A DNA stretch of 64,000 nt from the human T2T-CHM13v2.0 reference genome, Homo sapiens: the NCBI RefSeq assembly GCF_009914755.1, contig NC_060945.1. One strand, 5' to 3'. Positions 63,250 to 64,000 of this stretch are shown piece by piece; the stretch's first letter is position 1, and every line of letters starts with the position of its first letter. The translations under genes and the position numbers were made by a program. The notes beneath the pieces are model-generated. The model made no database searches, had not been told where the DNA came from, and was given only the letters and a program-made list of their open reading frames with translations.

Positions 63250-64000
63250 AATGGCTCCAGGCCCGGATAGTTTCACAGGCCATTCCACCACACTGTTAAG
63301 GAACAGATAATATTTAAATGGATGCAAAGCATAAATAAGGAAAGAAAATTTCTAAATTCTCTTTATGAAGCTACCATAAGAATGATGCCAAAACCCAAAG
63401 AGACAAGCACAGAAAGAAAATCATAAGCCAATCTTATGAATGAACACCAACACAAAAATGTGAATTAAATTGTCTAAAAACTGTAAGCCATGACCTAGGA
63501 GACTTGAAGATGGTTTGATATTAGGAAATATCTTAAAATAGGTCTTCACATTCATAGAGCCTATAAAATTGCAGTAGTTGGGACATGGACCCCCTAGTCG
63601 GACAGCAAAGAAATTAGGCAGAGGAACCAGAAATGGATCCAAACACACCCACCTAGTTAGGACATAGGAGAGGTGATTTTTGCCTATCAGTGTGATGAAT
63701 TCCAGTTGTTCAGAAGACACCAACTGAATTACAACTAAATAGTTTTCTAGAAAAAAATAAAATTGCATTTCTACTTTATTCCCTAAGGCCTCCATATGTT
63801 ACAGCTACAGCAGATATTTTTATAAAGTTGGAAACCATAAACATACTAGAAGAAAACAGAGAGCCATTTCCTTTACTAGTTTTAGAAGGAGAAGATCTTC
63901 TGAAATAGAACACAAACTCAGAAGCCATAAACATGGATTAAAAGAAATAATAATAAAGTTAAAAATGTTTGCCTGGTGAAAAACACAACCACCATAAACA
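63250..64000 (+). mobile_element. Decayed L1M ORF2 fragments (non-coding), running off the window end
   Basis: ccaggcccggatagtttcacaggc (PGPD.FT), aattctctttatgaagctaccata...atgccaaaacc (NS.YEA.I..PKP), aaaccataaacatactagaagaaaac. Confidence 0.75.

Noticed and set aside
63250-64000. Functional reverse transcriptase
   Set aside because: L1 ORF2 remnants are fragmented by stops, frameshifts and deletions

Overview
Primate (almost certainly human) genomic DNA: GC-rich, apparently intergenic, with no protein-coding gene, RNA gene or CRISPR array that I can support. It contains Alu, MIR, L2, old L1M, MaLR (MLT1) and ERV LTRs, plus an unusually dense set of tandem repeats. The dominant feature is a ~10.4 kb compound (GGT/GAT)n array (5475-15890) punctuated by GGGAGTGAAG. 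Rare marker bases show it holds a near-perfect ~4.68 kb tandem duplication, with the crossover placed in a 42-bp window. The array is also packed with matches to the degenerate PRDM9 13-mer. The 978-3498 aa ORFs over it come from the triplet repeat and are not genes. Other notable items are a ~97%-identical 223-bp inverted copy of an ancient L1 piece inside a (TCCA)n tract, a 120-bp TSD-flanked polyadenylated retro-insert, a 7x105-bp VNTR grown inside an MLT1B LTR, an E-box-rich VNTR, a 1.3 kb G-run tract and a motif-dense HIF/ETS/TEAD candidate enhancer near 54.4 kb. I found no convincing new gene system; the novelty is structural and regulatory. Repeat subfamily names are from memory of the consensus sequences, and boundaries are approximate (about +/-10-30 bp for old elements).
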